64,000 nt of DNA, taken from the NCBI GenBank assembly GCA_028867595.1, contig JAGWGB010000001.1, positions 73,630 through 137,629 on the forward strand, written 5' to 3'. Below are positions 40,159 through 49,830 of this stretch, one piece after another. Position 1 is the stretch's first letter. Every line of letters starts with the position of its first letter. This DNA is from Nitrososphaerota archaeon. GTDB lineage: Archaea; Thermoproteota; Nitrososphaeria; Nitrososphaerales; Nitrosopumilaceae. Under the pieces are notes generated by a model. That model was not told the DNA's origin. It worked only from the letters and a program-made list of their open reading frames with translations, and ran no database searches. Both the position numbers and the translations under genes were made by a program.

Positions 40159-41508
40159 ATAGACACGGCCTCAAAACATATTGTAGTCATCAACGTAGTA
40201 GGATTAGAACACAAGCATTTGGGTACAGACCTCATACCAAACATTTCAGCACTAGCCGAAAAGGGAGAAAGCGCGAAGATGGAACCTGTATTTCCAGCAG
40301 TAACATGCACTGTTCAGGCAAGTATACTTTCTGGAAAATATCCAAATGAACATGGAATAATATCTAACGGATTGTATGACCGAAGTAACCATTCAGTCTC
40401 ATTTTGGGAACAGGCAAGCTCACTTGTTCAAAGAGAAAGAGTTTGGGATGTTCTAAAAAAAAGATCAGCCAAGACACAATCAAACATAAAGACGGCCGTT
40501 CTTTTTTGGCAAAATACAATGTATGCGAATTCTGATGTCATTGTGACACCAAGACCATTGCACATGGGAGACGGAAGCATGATACAGTGGTGCTATTCAA
40601 AGCCAACGGGGTGGTATGAGGATACTGCAAAATCAATTGGAGAATTCAATCTTGCAACATATTGGGGTCCTATTGCATCATACAAATCAAGTGAATGGAT
40701 AGGCAAGGCAGCAGAATACACCATGGAAAAACTGCGATCAAACTTGATGTTTGTTTACATACCACATGTTGATTATTCTGCTCAAAGGTTTGGCAAAAAC
40801 AGCAATCAGGCGCGCGATGATCTGAAAAAAGCAGACAGTATTGTCGGAAGTATGGTCGAAAAAGCATCTAATCTTGGAATAGGCAGTGACACAGAGTTTC
40901 TAATTCTTTCCGAGTATTCCTTTGATGATGTTTCAGGTGCAATTCCAATAAATCTAAAGCTCAGAGAGGCTGGCTTGCTTGATACAAGAACCATTGGCGA
41001 AAAAGAATACATTGATTTCGAATATAGCAAAGCATTTGCGATGGTAGACCATCAGGTTGCTCATATTTACATCAAAGATGGTTTTATTGACAAAACAAAT
41101 CGAGTTCTCAGAGACATTTCTGGTGTAGAGAGAGTTTTGACAAAGGACGAACAAAAGAAAATGAAGATAGACAACGAAAGAAGTGGAGAACTAATAGCAG
41201 TATCTGCAAAAGACAGATGGTTTAGTTACTATTGGTGGCATGAACCTCAAAAGGCTCCTCCCTTTGCTGGAACTGTAGACATACACCGAAAGCCAGGTTA
41301 TGATCCGGTAGAATTATTTTTCGATAGAGAAAAAAATTGTATACCTCTTGATACAAATTTGATAAAAGGCTCTCATGGAAGGCCTGCAAACTTGGAAACT
41401 GGGGAAGGACTAGCAACATATGTCTCAAATCGCAAATCAGGATTGACAAAAAATTCAAGCATTATCAAATGTGTTGACATTGCAAGTCACCTAGTGAATA
41501 ACTGGTAG
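40159..41508 (+). CDS. alkaline-phosphatase-superfamily nucleotide pyrophosphatase/phosphodiesterase (EboF-like)
   Basis: 'PVFPAVTCTVQAS' catalytic Thr, 'YIPHVDY', 'DHQVAH', 'DIHRKPGYDP.ELF', 'KGSHG'. The frame extends 5' of the track's TTG 40219 to include 'HIVVINVVGL'; the start shown is a candidate ATA and is uncertain. Confidence 0.85.
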   Translation: MDTASKHIVVINVVGLEHKHLGTDLIPNISALAEKGESAKMEPVFPAVTCTVQASILSGKYPNEHGIISNGLYDRSNHSVSFWEQASSLVQRERVWDVLKKRSAKTQSNIKTAVLFWQNTMYANSDVIVTPRPLHMGDGSMIQWCYSKPTGWYEDTAKSIGEFNLATYWGPIASYKSSEWIGKAAEYTMEKLRSNLMFVYIPHVDYSAQRFGKNSNQARDDLKKADSIVGSMVEKASNLGIGSDTEFLILSEYSFDDVSGAIPINLKLREAGLLDTRTIGEKEYIDFEYSKAFAMVDHQVAHIYIKDGFIDKTNRVLRDISGVERVLTKDEQKKMKIDNERSGELIAVSAKDRWFSYYWWHEPQKAPPFAGTVDIHRKPGYDPVELFFDREKNCIPLDTNLIKGSHGRPANLETGEGLATYVSNRKSGLTKNSSIIKCVDIASHLVNNW

Positions 41509-41549
41509 TTACCATAAAGATAAAAAACGAAATCATAGTTAAGACATCA

Positions 41550-42386
41550 TTGGCATTCAAGTACTCTGTAACTCTTTCTTCCTTTAGAAGCATAGAGCCA
41601 ATAGAACAGACATTGGATAGATTGAAGAAACAAGGATTTGATGCCGCAGAGATGTATGGCGAACCAGATAAGATAAACATCAAAGATCTCAAAGAAACTC
41701 TCGATTCACATGGCTTGCCAATTTGTGGAATAACCGGCATGTGGGGAAGAAGCAGCCAAGACGGAGAGAAGAGAAAACTTCTAAGCCAAGATCCAGAACT
41801 TGTAAAACATTCTGAAAATTATGTAAAAAGATGTATTGAGATGTGTCAATATCTTGGAGGCAACGAGATTAACATCTGCCTCTTTGCGGACACCAAAAAC
41901 GATCTTGACGCAAATCACAGCGTAATTTCTGAAGAGCAAAAAAAATCTAAAATGGAAAAAACAATTCCTTTACTATTATCTTTAGCTAGATTTGCTTCAG
42001 ATCATGGCGTAAATTTAATGATTGAACCACTTAACAGGTACAGTACACCCTATTGCAACACCGCACTAGATGCTGCGTACATTGCAAGCAAAATAAATCA
42101 AGAAAATGTAGGAATATTGCTGGATACGTTCCACATGAACATTGAAGAGCCTTCTTTTGAGAAGGCAATACTTGATTCAAAGGATCTTGTACGCCACATG
42201 CATTTTGCTGACAATAACAGAACCATGCCTGGATGTGCCCATATTGACTTTGAATTGATTGTGAAAACCTTACAGAAAATTTCATACGACAAGTATGTGT
42301 CCTTTGAATCAAATTTGTCAGAAGTGAATTACAAATCTGCTACACTTGATGGATTACAGTTTGTTAAAAAGCTAGAAAATACGTAG
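41550..42386 (+). CDS. second TIM-barrel sugar isomerase/epimerase (D-tagatose-3-epimerase/Iol-like)
   Basis: 'IEPLNRY', 'LDTFHMNIEE', 'HMHFADNNR..PG'. Confidence 0.88.
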   Translation: MAFKYSVTLSSFRSIEPIEQTLDRLKKQGFDAAEMYGEPDKINIKDLKETLDSHGLPICGITGMWGRSSQDGEKRKLLSQDPELVKHSENYVKRCIEMCQYLGGNEINICLFADTKNDLDANHSVISEEQKKSKMEKTIPLLLSLARFASDHGVNLMIEPLNRYSTPYCNTALDAAYIASKINQENVGILLDTFHMNIEEPSFEKAILDSKDLVRHMHFADNNRTMPGCAHIDFELIVKTLQKISYDKYVSFESNLSEVNYKSATLDGLQFVKKLENT

Positions 42387-42397
42387 TGACGTTCTCA

Positions 42398-42802
42398 TTA
42401 TCCGACCTTCATTCGTTCCTCAACAATATTTCTATACTTTGGATAGTTTATCGACTCTATTGTTTTGTTAAAGGTCTCAAGAAATAATGTATCCTCAATT
42501 GCCATAAGTAGGTGTGCTGTATGGGCAGGGACGTGTATTATTGTAGGCACATCAATAATTTTGATTTGCTCTTGACCTGTTTTTACATTTTCTTCTCGGT
42601 ATTCTAGTTTACCAGAAATAATGATGTGATCTTGTGCGATTGTATGATAATGCCCCCCGCGAGCAAACCCTTTCTTTATCTCAACAAGGTTGACTTTTTC
42701 ATCACCGTGAGACAAGAAAAAAATCTTACCCCTTGCATCCTCGACTTCTTTTTCAATTCTCATGCTTATGTCACTTTTATTACCGTTATCACAAATAACC
42801 AA
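42398..42802 (-). CDS. cupin-domain protein (nucleotide-sugar isomerase-like)
   Basis: 'DARG.I', 'RGGHYH' and 'VP..TAH' cupin motifs. Confidence 0.75.
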   Translation of the reverse strand: MVICDNGNKSDISMRIEKEVEDARGKIFFLSHGDEKVNLVEIKKGFARGGHYHTIAQDHIIISGKLEYREENVKTGQEQIKIIDVPTIIHVPAHTAHLLMAIEDTLFLETFNKTIESINYPKYRNIVEERMKVG

Positions 42803-42922
42803 GTCTAATAGCTATAAATTTCAATATCTAAAAAAAAGATTGCATGAGTGTTATAGAACTATTTACTACGAAATTTTACTTGTAAAAACTTACCATTGTT
42901 TTAAAAAATAGACTCGATTAAT

Positions 42923-43510
42923 TTGAATAGATTGAAGATAACGACTTGCATGAATGAAGTAACAAAGGAAGGCAATTTGTGGCTTCATGCTGCAAAACTG
43001 GAAGACAACAATAATTACCATGAAGCATGCATCAATTATTTAAAAGACGCCTCAGAATGCATGAAACATAATTCATTCGTTAAAGCTGCATTAAGTTGTT
43101 CTTGTGCTGCAAACTGTCTTGCAAATCTAGGCAATCTAACAGACGCACGCCAGTTATACTTGGAAACTGCAAGGATCTACGAAGAGAATGCAGAGATGAT
43201 CATCAAAGAATCCATTAGAGAATCCCTCTGGTCGCTTCAAGAGGCTTATGAACATTATTTGCTAGGAGGAAATAATGAAAAAGCCCAGAGGATTTATGAC
43301 AAATACGTCTTTTTTGCTAGAAAAATAAATCCATTTTCTGGAATAGATGAAGTTATGAAAGATGTAAAAATGAAAAAAAGACATGCAGACACAATTATGA
43401 ACATTTCCCATGCTAACCATCAAATCTCTTCTCAGGTTGAAGAAACAATTCAAGACTTTCTGTACTTGAGAAAATCAACTCCCGTTAAACGTAAAGAGAC
43501 AGTGCACTAG
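42923..43510 (+). CDS. TPR/SNAP-like helical repeat protein, first gene of the pel-like operon
   Basis: 'A..YL..A..C......AA..C..AA.C' alpha-solenoid pattern; paralog of 49294. Confidence 0.65.
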   Translation: MNRLKITTCMNEVTKEGNLWLHAAKLEDNNNYHEACINYLKDASECMKHNSFVKAALSCSCAANCLANLGNLTDARQLYLETARIYEENAEMIIKESIRESLWSLQEAYEHYLLGGNNEKAQRIYDKYVFFARKINPFSGIDEVMKDVKMKKRHADTIMNISHANHQISSQVEETIQDFLYLRKSTPVKRKETVH

Positions 43511-43554
43511 AACATGCATCATTACTTTGGCCAGTCAAGGAGGATGACTATCTA

Positions 43555-44532
43555 ATGAAGATTTCAAAGGCGGTAGTTACAGGCGGGGCGGGATTCATAG
43601 GAAGCCACATCGTTGACGAACTTTTGCGTCGGGGGATAGAGACGTATGTAATAGACAATCTTAGTACTGGTTCTACAAGCAACCTACGCCATCATGAAGA
43701 TAACAAGCTATTGCATGTGTTCATAAACGATGCCAGGAAGATTCAGAGCCTATTATCAGATGTAAAGAACATCGATGCAGTATTTCATGAGGCAGCCATA
43801 GCAAGTGTAACTCGATCTATTCACGAGCCCATGGTTGTGCATGATGTTAATGTGAATATGTCACTTGAGATAATGAATTTTTGTGTGAAAAACGGAGTGA
43901 AAAGATTCGTATTTGCATCAACTGCTGCAGTCTATGGGCCAATAGGAAACAAGCAGGCATCAGAAGAGATGGTTTGTAGACCGTTTTCACCGTATGGGGC
44001 TTCCAAGTTATCAATAGAAAATTATCTTGACGCATATTACTCATCATATGGTTTAGAGACAGTAGTATTGAGATACTTTAACGTCTTTGGAACAAGACAG
44101 AAGAGGAACAACGAATACAGTGGAGTTATCACTATCTTTGCAAATCAGCTTTTACAGAGACAAGCAGCTACAATATATGGTGATGGACAGCAAACTAGAG
44201 ATTTTGTACATGTGGCAGACATAGTTTTGGCAAACATGTTAGCAATGGAATCTGAAAATGCAGTAGGCGAAAGGTTCAACGTAGCAACCGGTAACTCGAT
44301 AACAATTCTCAAGTTGTTAGAGACATTAAAGTCGCTAACAAATACAAAAGACGTAGATCACGAGTTTGGTCCACCGCGTCCAGGAGATATAAAATTTGGC
44401 ACTGCTTCAGTTGACAAGATAAAAAATAGACTCGGTTATGTTCCAAAGATTTCGATAGATATTGGATTGACAGAACTTGTTGACTTCTTTAGAGATACAC
44501 AGTTGTTGCAAGAAGAAAAAGTAATGAGATAA
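43555..44532 (+). CDS. UDP-Glc(NAc) 4-epimerase-like SDR (PelX/WbpP-like)
   Basis: TGGAGFIG, HEAA, 'YGASK', 'RYFNVFG', 'YSGVI', 'TRDFVHV'. Confidence 0.9.
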   Translation: MKISKAVVTGGAGFIGSHIVDELLRRGIETYVIDNLSTGSTSNLRHHEDNKLLHVFINDARKIQSLLSDVKNIDAVFHEAAIASVTRSIHEPMVVHDVNVNMSLEIMNFCVKNGVKRFVFASTAAVYGPIGNKQASEEMVCRPFSPYGASKLSIENYLDAYYSSYGLETVVLRYFNVFGTRQKRNNEYSGVITIFANQLLQRQAATIYGDGQQTRDFVHVADIVLANMLAMESENAVGERFNVATGNSITILKLLETLKSLTNTKDVDHEFGPPRPGDIKFGTASVDKIKNRLGYVPKISIDIGLTELVDFFRDTQLLQEEKVMR

Positions 44533-44533
44533 G

Positions 44534-46093
44534 ATGCTAATATCAAAAAAGAATACGAGGGAAAAAGATGCGCTAGAGACAAGGCATCCCATGAAAAAAC
44601 TGTTACTAATCGGTTGGGATGCCTATCCTCACATCACAGCCGGTGGAATACACAGATGGCAAAAGTCACTTATCGAAGGGCTTCCCAATTGGCAGTTTGT
44701 TGTGTTTAATCAACTTTCAAATCCAAATGCAAATGGAGGCTTCAAGTTACCAGAAAATGTACAAGTGATTGGAATACCAATCTTTTCTACAAATCGATAT
44801 GAAGAATACTATGATGACAAAACTTCATTCATTTCTAGAATAGTCAAAACAACAGAAAAAACAATAGACAAATTTTTGCCATTGTACGACACTCTCTTGG
44901 CTGAATTTTTCTCTGAGATATGCAATCTGGAAAAACTAGAAGAAGTTGTCTACAATGTACATTCGTTCTTTGAAGTCTACGACTATAAGAAATGTCTAGA
45001 CAATCCAAGATCATGGGAAGTTTTCATGAGAAGAATAAGACAAGACCCCATATACAAAGAGATGAACCTAAATGATGCGCTAAGAGCTTTTCAATTCATA
45101 CAGAGGTCGCTTCAGATCCTATCAGTCAAGATCCCCAGAGTAGATCTCGTCCAGTGTTCGTTGGCTTATTTTCCAGCATTGCTTGGCATGATAGCTAAAA
45201 TGAAATGGGGGTGTCCCGTAGTTGTAAGCGAGCACGGGGTAGCATTTCGAGAAGCTACTCTCAATTACAATTTAGACTATTATGACAAGTACTCTAGAAT
45301 TCTTGTAAAAACAGTTGCAGCAAATGTAGTTAGAGTGTTGCACCATATGGCAGATGTGGTAGTAGCCGCATCTCGTGCGAACACGTTTTGGCAACAGATG
45401 CTAGGTGTTCCTACAACAAAGATGAAGCTAATCTACAATGGAATTGATACAAAGAAATTCAGACCAATAGATGTAAAAAGGGAAGACAATCGTCCCACAT
45501 TAGTTTCAGTAGGCAGGTTAGAGCCATTCAAAGACATTGTATGTTTATTGCAAGCAATCAAATTTGTCAAGGAATATGAGCCAAATATCAAGTGTCTAGT
45601 GTACGGTGAATCCATAACGTTGGATTATGCAAACAGATGTGTCAAGATGTGGAAACAGTTGCAGCTTGAAGATACCGTGAAATTCATGGGGGTGACAAAC
45701 GAGCCAGAAAAAGTGTTCAATTCTGCAGATATTGTAGTGATAAGCAGTGTTACGGAAGGCCTCCCATTGACTGCATGTGAGACCATGGCATGCGGCAAAC
45801 CACTCGTAGCAGCTGATGTCGGGGGTACAAGAGAGGCAGTTCAAGGATGTGGCTTGCTAGTTAAGAGTAGAAATCCACATGCAATGTCTGAGGCAATAAT
45901 CACATTGCTCAAAGATGAAAAATTAAGAAAAGATTATGGCGAAGCCGGAATGAAAAAATCAAGAGCAGAGTTTTCAGTTGAAAAAATGGTAGACGAGTAT
46001 GCGGCATTATATGAAAGTCTTGTTAGTAAACAAAACCAAGAATCAATTCAAGATCCAAAAAAGGAGAGCGATTCAATTTTACAAGTGGAGTGA
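44534..46093 (+). CDS. pelF: PelF-like GT4 glycosyltransferase (DUF3492 + GT4)
   Basis: 'YPHITAGGIHRWQKSLIEGLP', 'VSEHG', 'YNGID', 'VGRLEPFKD', 'EGLPLTACE' match PelF architecture. Confidence 0.85.
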   Translation: MLISKKNTREKDALETRHPMKKLLLIGWDAYPHITAGGIHRWQKSLIEGLPNWQFVVFNQLSNPNANGGFKLPENVQVIGIPIFSTNRYEEYYDDKTSFISRIVKTTEKTIDKFLPLYDTLLAEFFSEICNLEKLEEVVYNVHSFFEVYDYKKCLDNPRSWEVFMRRIRQDPIYKEMNLNDALRAFQFIQRSLQILSVKIPRVDLVQCSLAYFPALLGMIAKMKWGCPVVVSEHGVAFREATLNYNLDYYDKYSRILVKTVAANVVRVLHHMADVVVAASRANTFWQQMLGVPTTKMKLIYNGIDTKKFRPIDVKREDNRPTLVSVGRLEPFKDIVCLLQAIKFVKEYEPNIKCLVYGESITLDYANRCVKMWKQLQLEDTVKFMGVTNEPEKVFNSADIVVISSVTEGLPLTACETMACGKPLVAADVGGTREAVQGCGLLVKSRNPHAMSEAIITLLKDEKLRKDYGEAGMKKSRAEFSVEKMVDEYAALYESLVSKQNQESIQDPKKESDSILQVE

Positions 46094-46104
46094 GGGTGTC
46101 ATAA

Positions 46105-47745
46105 TTGTCTAAATTTGCGTTTGAGATGGAAGATCTTCCAAGAGAGGCAAGAATTTTTGCAGAAAAGGCAGCAAGGACCATCATAGAGGCACAAGACAAC
46201 ATAGAAAGTGTTACCGACATTGCCATACTGCTTGAGGTTATGGGGATCACAAAGGATGAGCTAGAGCAAAATGGGTTTGAAAACATATACGATTTGGCAG
46301 TATACATTAATGGTTTTGTAGAATTCTTTGAAGTAAAGCAGGATGAAAAAGAAGTCATAAACTCGTTCCTAGTCAAGGTTCCAAGCAAGAAAAAAAGAAT
46401 GGTTGAAAGCGTTGCCATGATCTTTCCTTGGATGGCCTCTCTTGCATTGTTCCTAGTGTCAGGCGTATCACTATGGATGGCATCTGGATTGCCCTCTGAA
46501 GACATTACAGTACTAATGATTGGCGTATTTGCAGGCATATTCGTAACACAAGGTCCGCTTGAAGTGTTTCAAAGACTCTTTATCATGAACCATAACCAGC
46601 TAAACACATCTGCTGCAAAACGAACCATTAGGAGAAACTTTTATTTTGTATCGGTTACAGTGGGAATTACTGTTTTCTTGTTCATCCTATTTGGATATAT
46701 ATCAAACATATCACCTGATCTTGTTCTTTTGAGCGTAATGTCTCTTGTGACAGTTTCTATGCACAGAGCATCATACATGATTGTCTATGCGCTCAAAAAA
46801 CTAAAAATTTTGGTAGTGTCTTATTCTGCTGCGCTTGTCTCGCTTTTTGTAACGTACTACTTGACGTGGTACATAATTCCTGACATGCTTGAAAGATACC
46901 TTGCATCATTGGGGTTGGCATTTGCAGTATTATCCATAAGTGCATTTTATGCATATCACAAGACGTTTAACAGTTCGTCAAAACATGAAGCACATCCATC
47001 CTTTTACAAATCTCCAAAGGGAATTACTAACACCATCAATGCCAGATTCATAGTTCAGATGTGGGATTCTATACCATACTACTTTTTGGGCACGTTTCTG
47101 TTCATAATCATGTTTGGGGACAGGTTGCTCTCATGGGCCTTCAACCCAGCATTGGATTCAACCAAGACTTCGTTGCCTTTACTGTTCAATACCACATATC
47201 ATAGCGGAGCAGACCCAGCCATGCTTGTCTTTTTGGCAACATCAATTGTGCAATACATGATAATGTCTGGATTCTATGAAGAGCTGTCAAACATTACACT
47301 GATGAATAAAACTACACAGGTAAACAGTGTTGATAAATTTCTTAAGAGGCGTTACAAGAAATTAATTCTTGTTAGTTTAGCTACATCATCTCTTGTTGTA
47401 ATTGGTTTGAGTTATCTAGGCCCAGAGATGATGGTACAGCTTGGAGCGTCGGAAATTAGTTTGGACATTCTGATAGTATCATCCATAGGAAACGTGTTCA
47501 TATCCATCTTTGTTGCCAACATCATGTTTGCCACTTTTATGAACAGAGTAAAAGCACTGGCAATCATAGCCATGTTTGCAGCAGTGATTCTTGTGATCGG
47601 TGGCTTGTATTTTGCACAGACAGGTTTTGAGTACATAGTATACGCATACCTAGGAGCTGCGTTTGCCTCAGCAGTGCTATCAACTGCATATGTGATGAGA
47701 ACAATCAGAAAAGCTACCAACATATACTTTGCAAGATTTAGTTAA
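46105..47745 (+). CDS. pelG: PelG-like polysaccharide transporter with a soluble N-terminal extension
   Basis: About 12 TM helices; 'FPW...L', 'GIFVTQGPLEVFQR' and 'DRLLSW' resemble PelG motifs (GPW, TG.LQ.FFTR, DK..FW); directly after pelF. Confidence 0.7.
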   Translation: MSKFAFEMEDLPREARIFAEKAARTIIEAQDNIESVTDIAILLEVMGITKDELEQNGFENIYDLAVYINGFVEFFEVKQDEKEVINSFLVKVPSKKKRMVESVAMIFPWMASLALFLVSGVSLWMASGLPSEDITVLMIGVFAGIFVTQGPLEVFQRLFIMNHNQLNTSAAKRTIRRNFYFVSVTVGITVFLFILFGYISNISPDLVLLSVMSLVTVSMHRASYMIVYALKKLKILVVSYSAALVSLFVTYYLTWYIIPDMLERYLASLGLAFAVLSISAFYAYHKTFNSSSKHEAHPSFYKSPKGITNTINARFIVQMWDSIPYYFLGTFLFIIMFGDRLLSWAFNPALDSTKTSLPLLFNTTYHSGADPAMLVFLATSIVQYMIMSGFYEELSNITLMNKTTQVNSVDKFLKRRYKKLILVSLATSSLVVIGLSYLGPEMMVQLGASEISLDILIVSSIGNVFISIFVANIMFATFMNRVKALAIIAMFAAVILVIGGLYFAQTGFEYIVYAYLGAAFASAVLSTAYVMRTIRKATNIYFARFS

Positions 47746-47777
47746 TTGAAACTTTGTAACCTCAGAGGAATTTGTCG

Positions 47778-48044
47778 TTATAGTGATTTTTCTTGCCTGT
47801 CAGAGTCAAATTGAATATCCACTATCTTCGATTCCTTTTCTCCGGTTAATTCGGACATTATTTTAATAAGATCATCATGAAGCTTGTACACATCACTTAT
47901 TCTTTGTTTAATTTGTTCATCCGTAAACTCCTCAAATTGTAATTGGTCACCTTTCCATATTTCTAAACGAATGTTTGTTGATTTTGTTCTTAGATAATCT
48001 AAACTAGTGTCTAATCTTGCATGTGCTAATTTCTTTCGTAAGTT
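47778..48044 (-). pseudogene. open frame of about 89 codons lacking a canonical start near its 5' end (possible gene remnant)
   Basis: Manual translation ...RKKLAHARLDTSLDYLRTKSTNIRLEIWKGDQLQFEEFTDEQIKQRISDVYKLHDDLIKIMSEL...SL*. Confidence 0.3.
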
Positions 48045-48162
48045 CTAAAGTTTTACGACAACTAGCACATTCCCACGCACATAGTGGTGGTATCCCATTT
48101 TTGTTATTAATCAGTAACTTTTTCGTTAATTAAATAAAAATAAAGAGTGGGGGTCTTGAACA

Positions 48163-49137
48163 CTAGTTCTTTTCATACAACGGAAGCTCAAGCCTAAGCT
48201 TCTCGCTTAAGAAGTCAAAAGTGTTTCTTACACCTTCTTCAAAGTCAGTCGTGGGTTGCCAATTCAGTAGTTTCTTTGCCTTTGTTGCATCTCCAATGGA
48301 CCTTCGCATTTCGCCAGGTCTTGGATCTACATGCTCTGGCTTTAGCTTGCCTTTCTTTCCACTAATTTCTATGGCAAGGTTTGCTACATCAATTGCCTTT
48401 TTGTCGATTCCACTGCATAGGTGGACTGTCTCTCCAATTACTTTGTCCGAAGTGTAGCATCTGGAGATACCCTCTGCAATATCTTTGACATAGGTAAAGT
48501 CACGTGTCTGTTCACCATCACCATAGATTACAGGAGGTTTGTCTTGTAACACCCTTAGCAAGAAGCTGGGTATCATGGCCCCTTTACTTCCAGGTTTTTG
48601 TCTTGGGCCAAATGTGTTGAACCCTCTGGTTATCACGACTGGATAGTCGTATGTGAGGTAATAGGTTCTACAATATGCCTCTGACGCAAACTTGCTCACT
48701 GCATATGGTGACCTTGGCAAGTAGACTGGATAGTCTTCGTCTGCCTTGTTTGGATACTCGATGTTTCCAAGCATCTCACACGAGCTATGGAGGTGAAATC
48801 TTTCCACCCCTTCATTGCGTGCTGCATCCATGATGTTGAAGGTTCCTTCTACGTTGGTCCTCCAGAAAGGTTTTGGATCTTGTATACTATGATCCACAGA
48901 CGCCAAGGCTGCTAGATGGCTTACTATGTCGCACCCTTGCACGACTTTCTTACATACGGCAGGATCCGCTACATCTCCTCTCACAAACTCGATCTGGTTA
49001 TCCTTGAGAAGATGTTCCACGTTTTCAAGGTGGCAGCTTAGTCCAAGTACTCGAACTTCGTGTCCCTTTGCAAGAACATTCTCAACCAGGTGTGAGCCGA
49101 TGAATCCGCATCCACCAGTGATAAGAATTTTCATCAA
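48163..49137 (-). CDS. NAD-dependent epimerase/dehydratase (dTDP-glucose 4,6-dehydratase-like SDR)
   Basis: TGGCGFIG, 'SVDHSI', 'YAVSK', 'N.FGPRQ'; the usual TDE motif reads SCE. Confidence 0.85.
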   Translation of the reverse strand: MMKILITGGCGFIGSHLVENVLAKGHEVRVLGLSCHLENVEHLLKDNQIEFVRGDVADPAVCKKVVQGCDIVSHLAALASVDHSIQDPKPFWRTNVEGTFNIMDAARNEGVERFHLHSSCEMLGNIEYPNKADEDYPVYLPRSPYAVSKFASEAYCRTYYLTYDYPVVITRGFNTFGPRQKPGSKGAMIPSFLLRVLQDKPPVIYGDGEQTRDFTYVKDIAEGISRCYTSDKVIGETVHLCSGIDKKAIDVANLAIEISGKKGKLKPEHVDPRPGEMRRSIGDATKAKKLLNWQPTTDFEEGVRNTFDFLSEKLRLELPLYEKN

Positions 49138-49293
49138 GGTATTCTTCGCATGATACTTTAAGTGATTAGAGACTAATTTTTACAGTTAATTTTTGCGTAA
49201 AATTCTTCCATATCATATCTTAGTTTATTTGTAAAACATCACATTATCTAAAATTGAGATTCAGATTACAAATTTTTGTGTAGTTTTATTGTT

Positions 49294-49830
49294 TTAATGA
49301 AAGTCTTTTTGCTCCAAAAACGAGTTTACTGTATCCAGTACCTTTTTGGGCACATCCATATCTGTTCGTGTTGTAGATAGATTCTTTGCATTTGGTTTTA
49401 GGACTCTGGGTTTTATCTCCATACTTGATGGCTGAACTCGTTTTGCTAAGGATAGGTATTCATCAAGAATGGATTCAGCCATAGATGCTTCTCCGGCTAA
49501 CACAAAATTTTCATATGCCTTTTGTAATGACCACAACCATTTTCGTATCGATTTATGCATAGAAGATCTTGCTACTTCCATGTAAATAGTTGCAGCTTTG
49601 AGGTAAAGCTTTTTGGAAATAGTGTCAGACTTGAACTTTGTAATGCAATCTGCAGCACATGAACAACTCAATCCTGCTCTAACTAACGAACCTATTCTAA
49701 TGGATTCGTCGGCATCCTTCAGATACAGCATGGTTGCGTCAGCATAATTGCCTATATCTTCCAATCCGCAAGCGTTAAGCCAGTTGTTAGACTCGTTGGT
49801 AAGTCTATCGATCAGTGTCACTACAGGCAA
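49294..49830 (-). CDS. TPR/SNAP-like helical repeat protein (paralog of 42923)
   Basis: Shared 'LE...NY..A...YLKDA', 'LSCSCAA.C' and 'SIR..LWSLQ.AYE'. Confidence 0.65.
   Translation of the reverse strand: MPVVTLIDRLTNESNNWLNACGLEDIGNYADATMLYLKDADESIRIGSLVRAGLSCSCAADCITKFKSDTISKKLYLKAATIYMEVARSSMHKSIRKWLWSLQKAYENFVLAGEASMAESILDEYLSLAKRVQPSSMEIKPRVLKPNAKNLSTTRTDMDVPKKVLDTVNSFLEQKDFH

Noticed and set aside
48163-49137. Higher GC in the second SDR as evidence of recent horizontal transfer
   Set aside because: Only two 60-bp lines were counted (about 40% and 53% GC); too few to support without a computed profile
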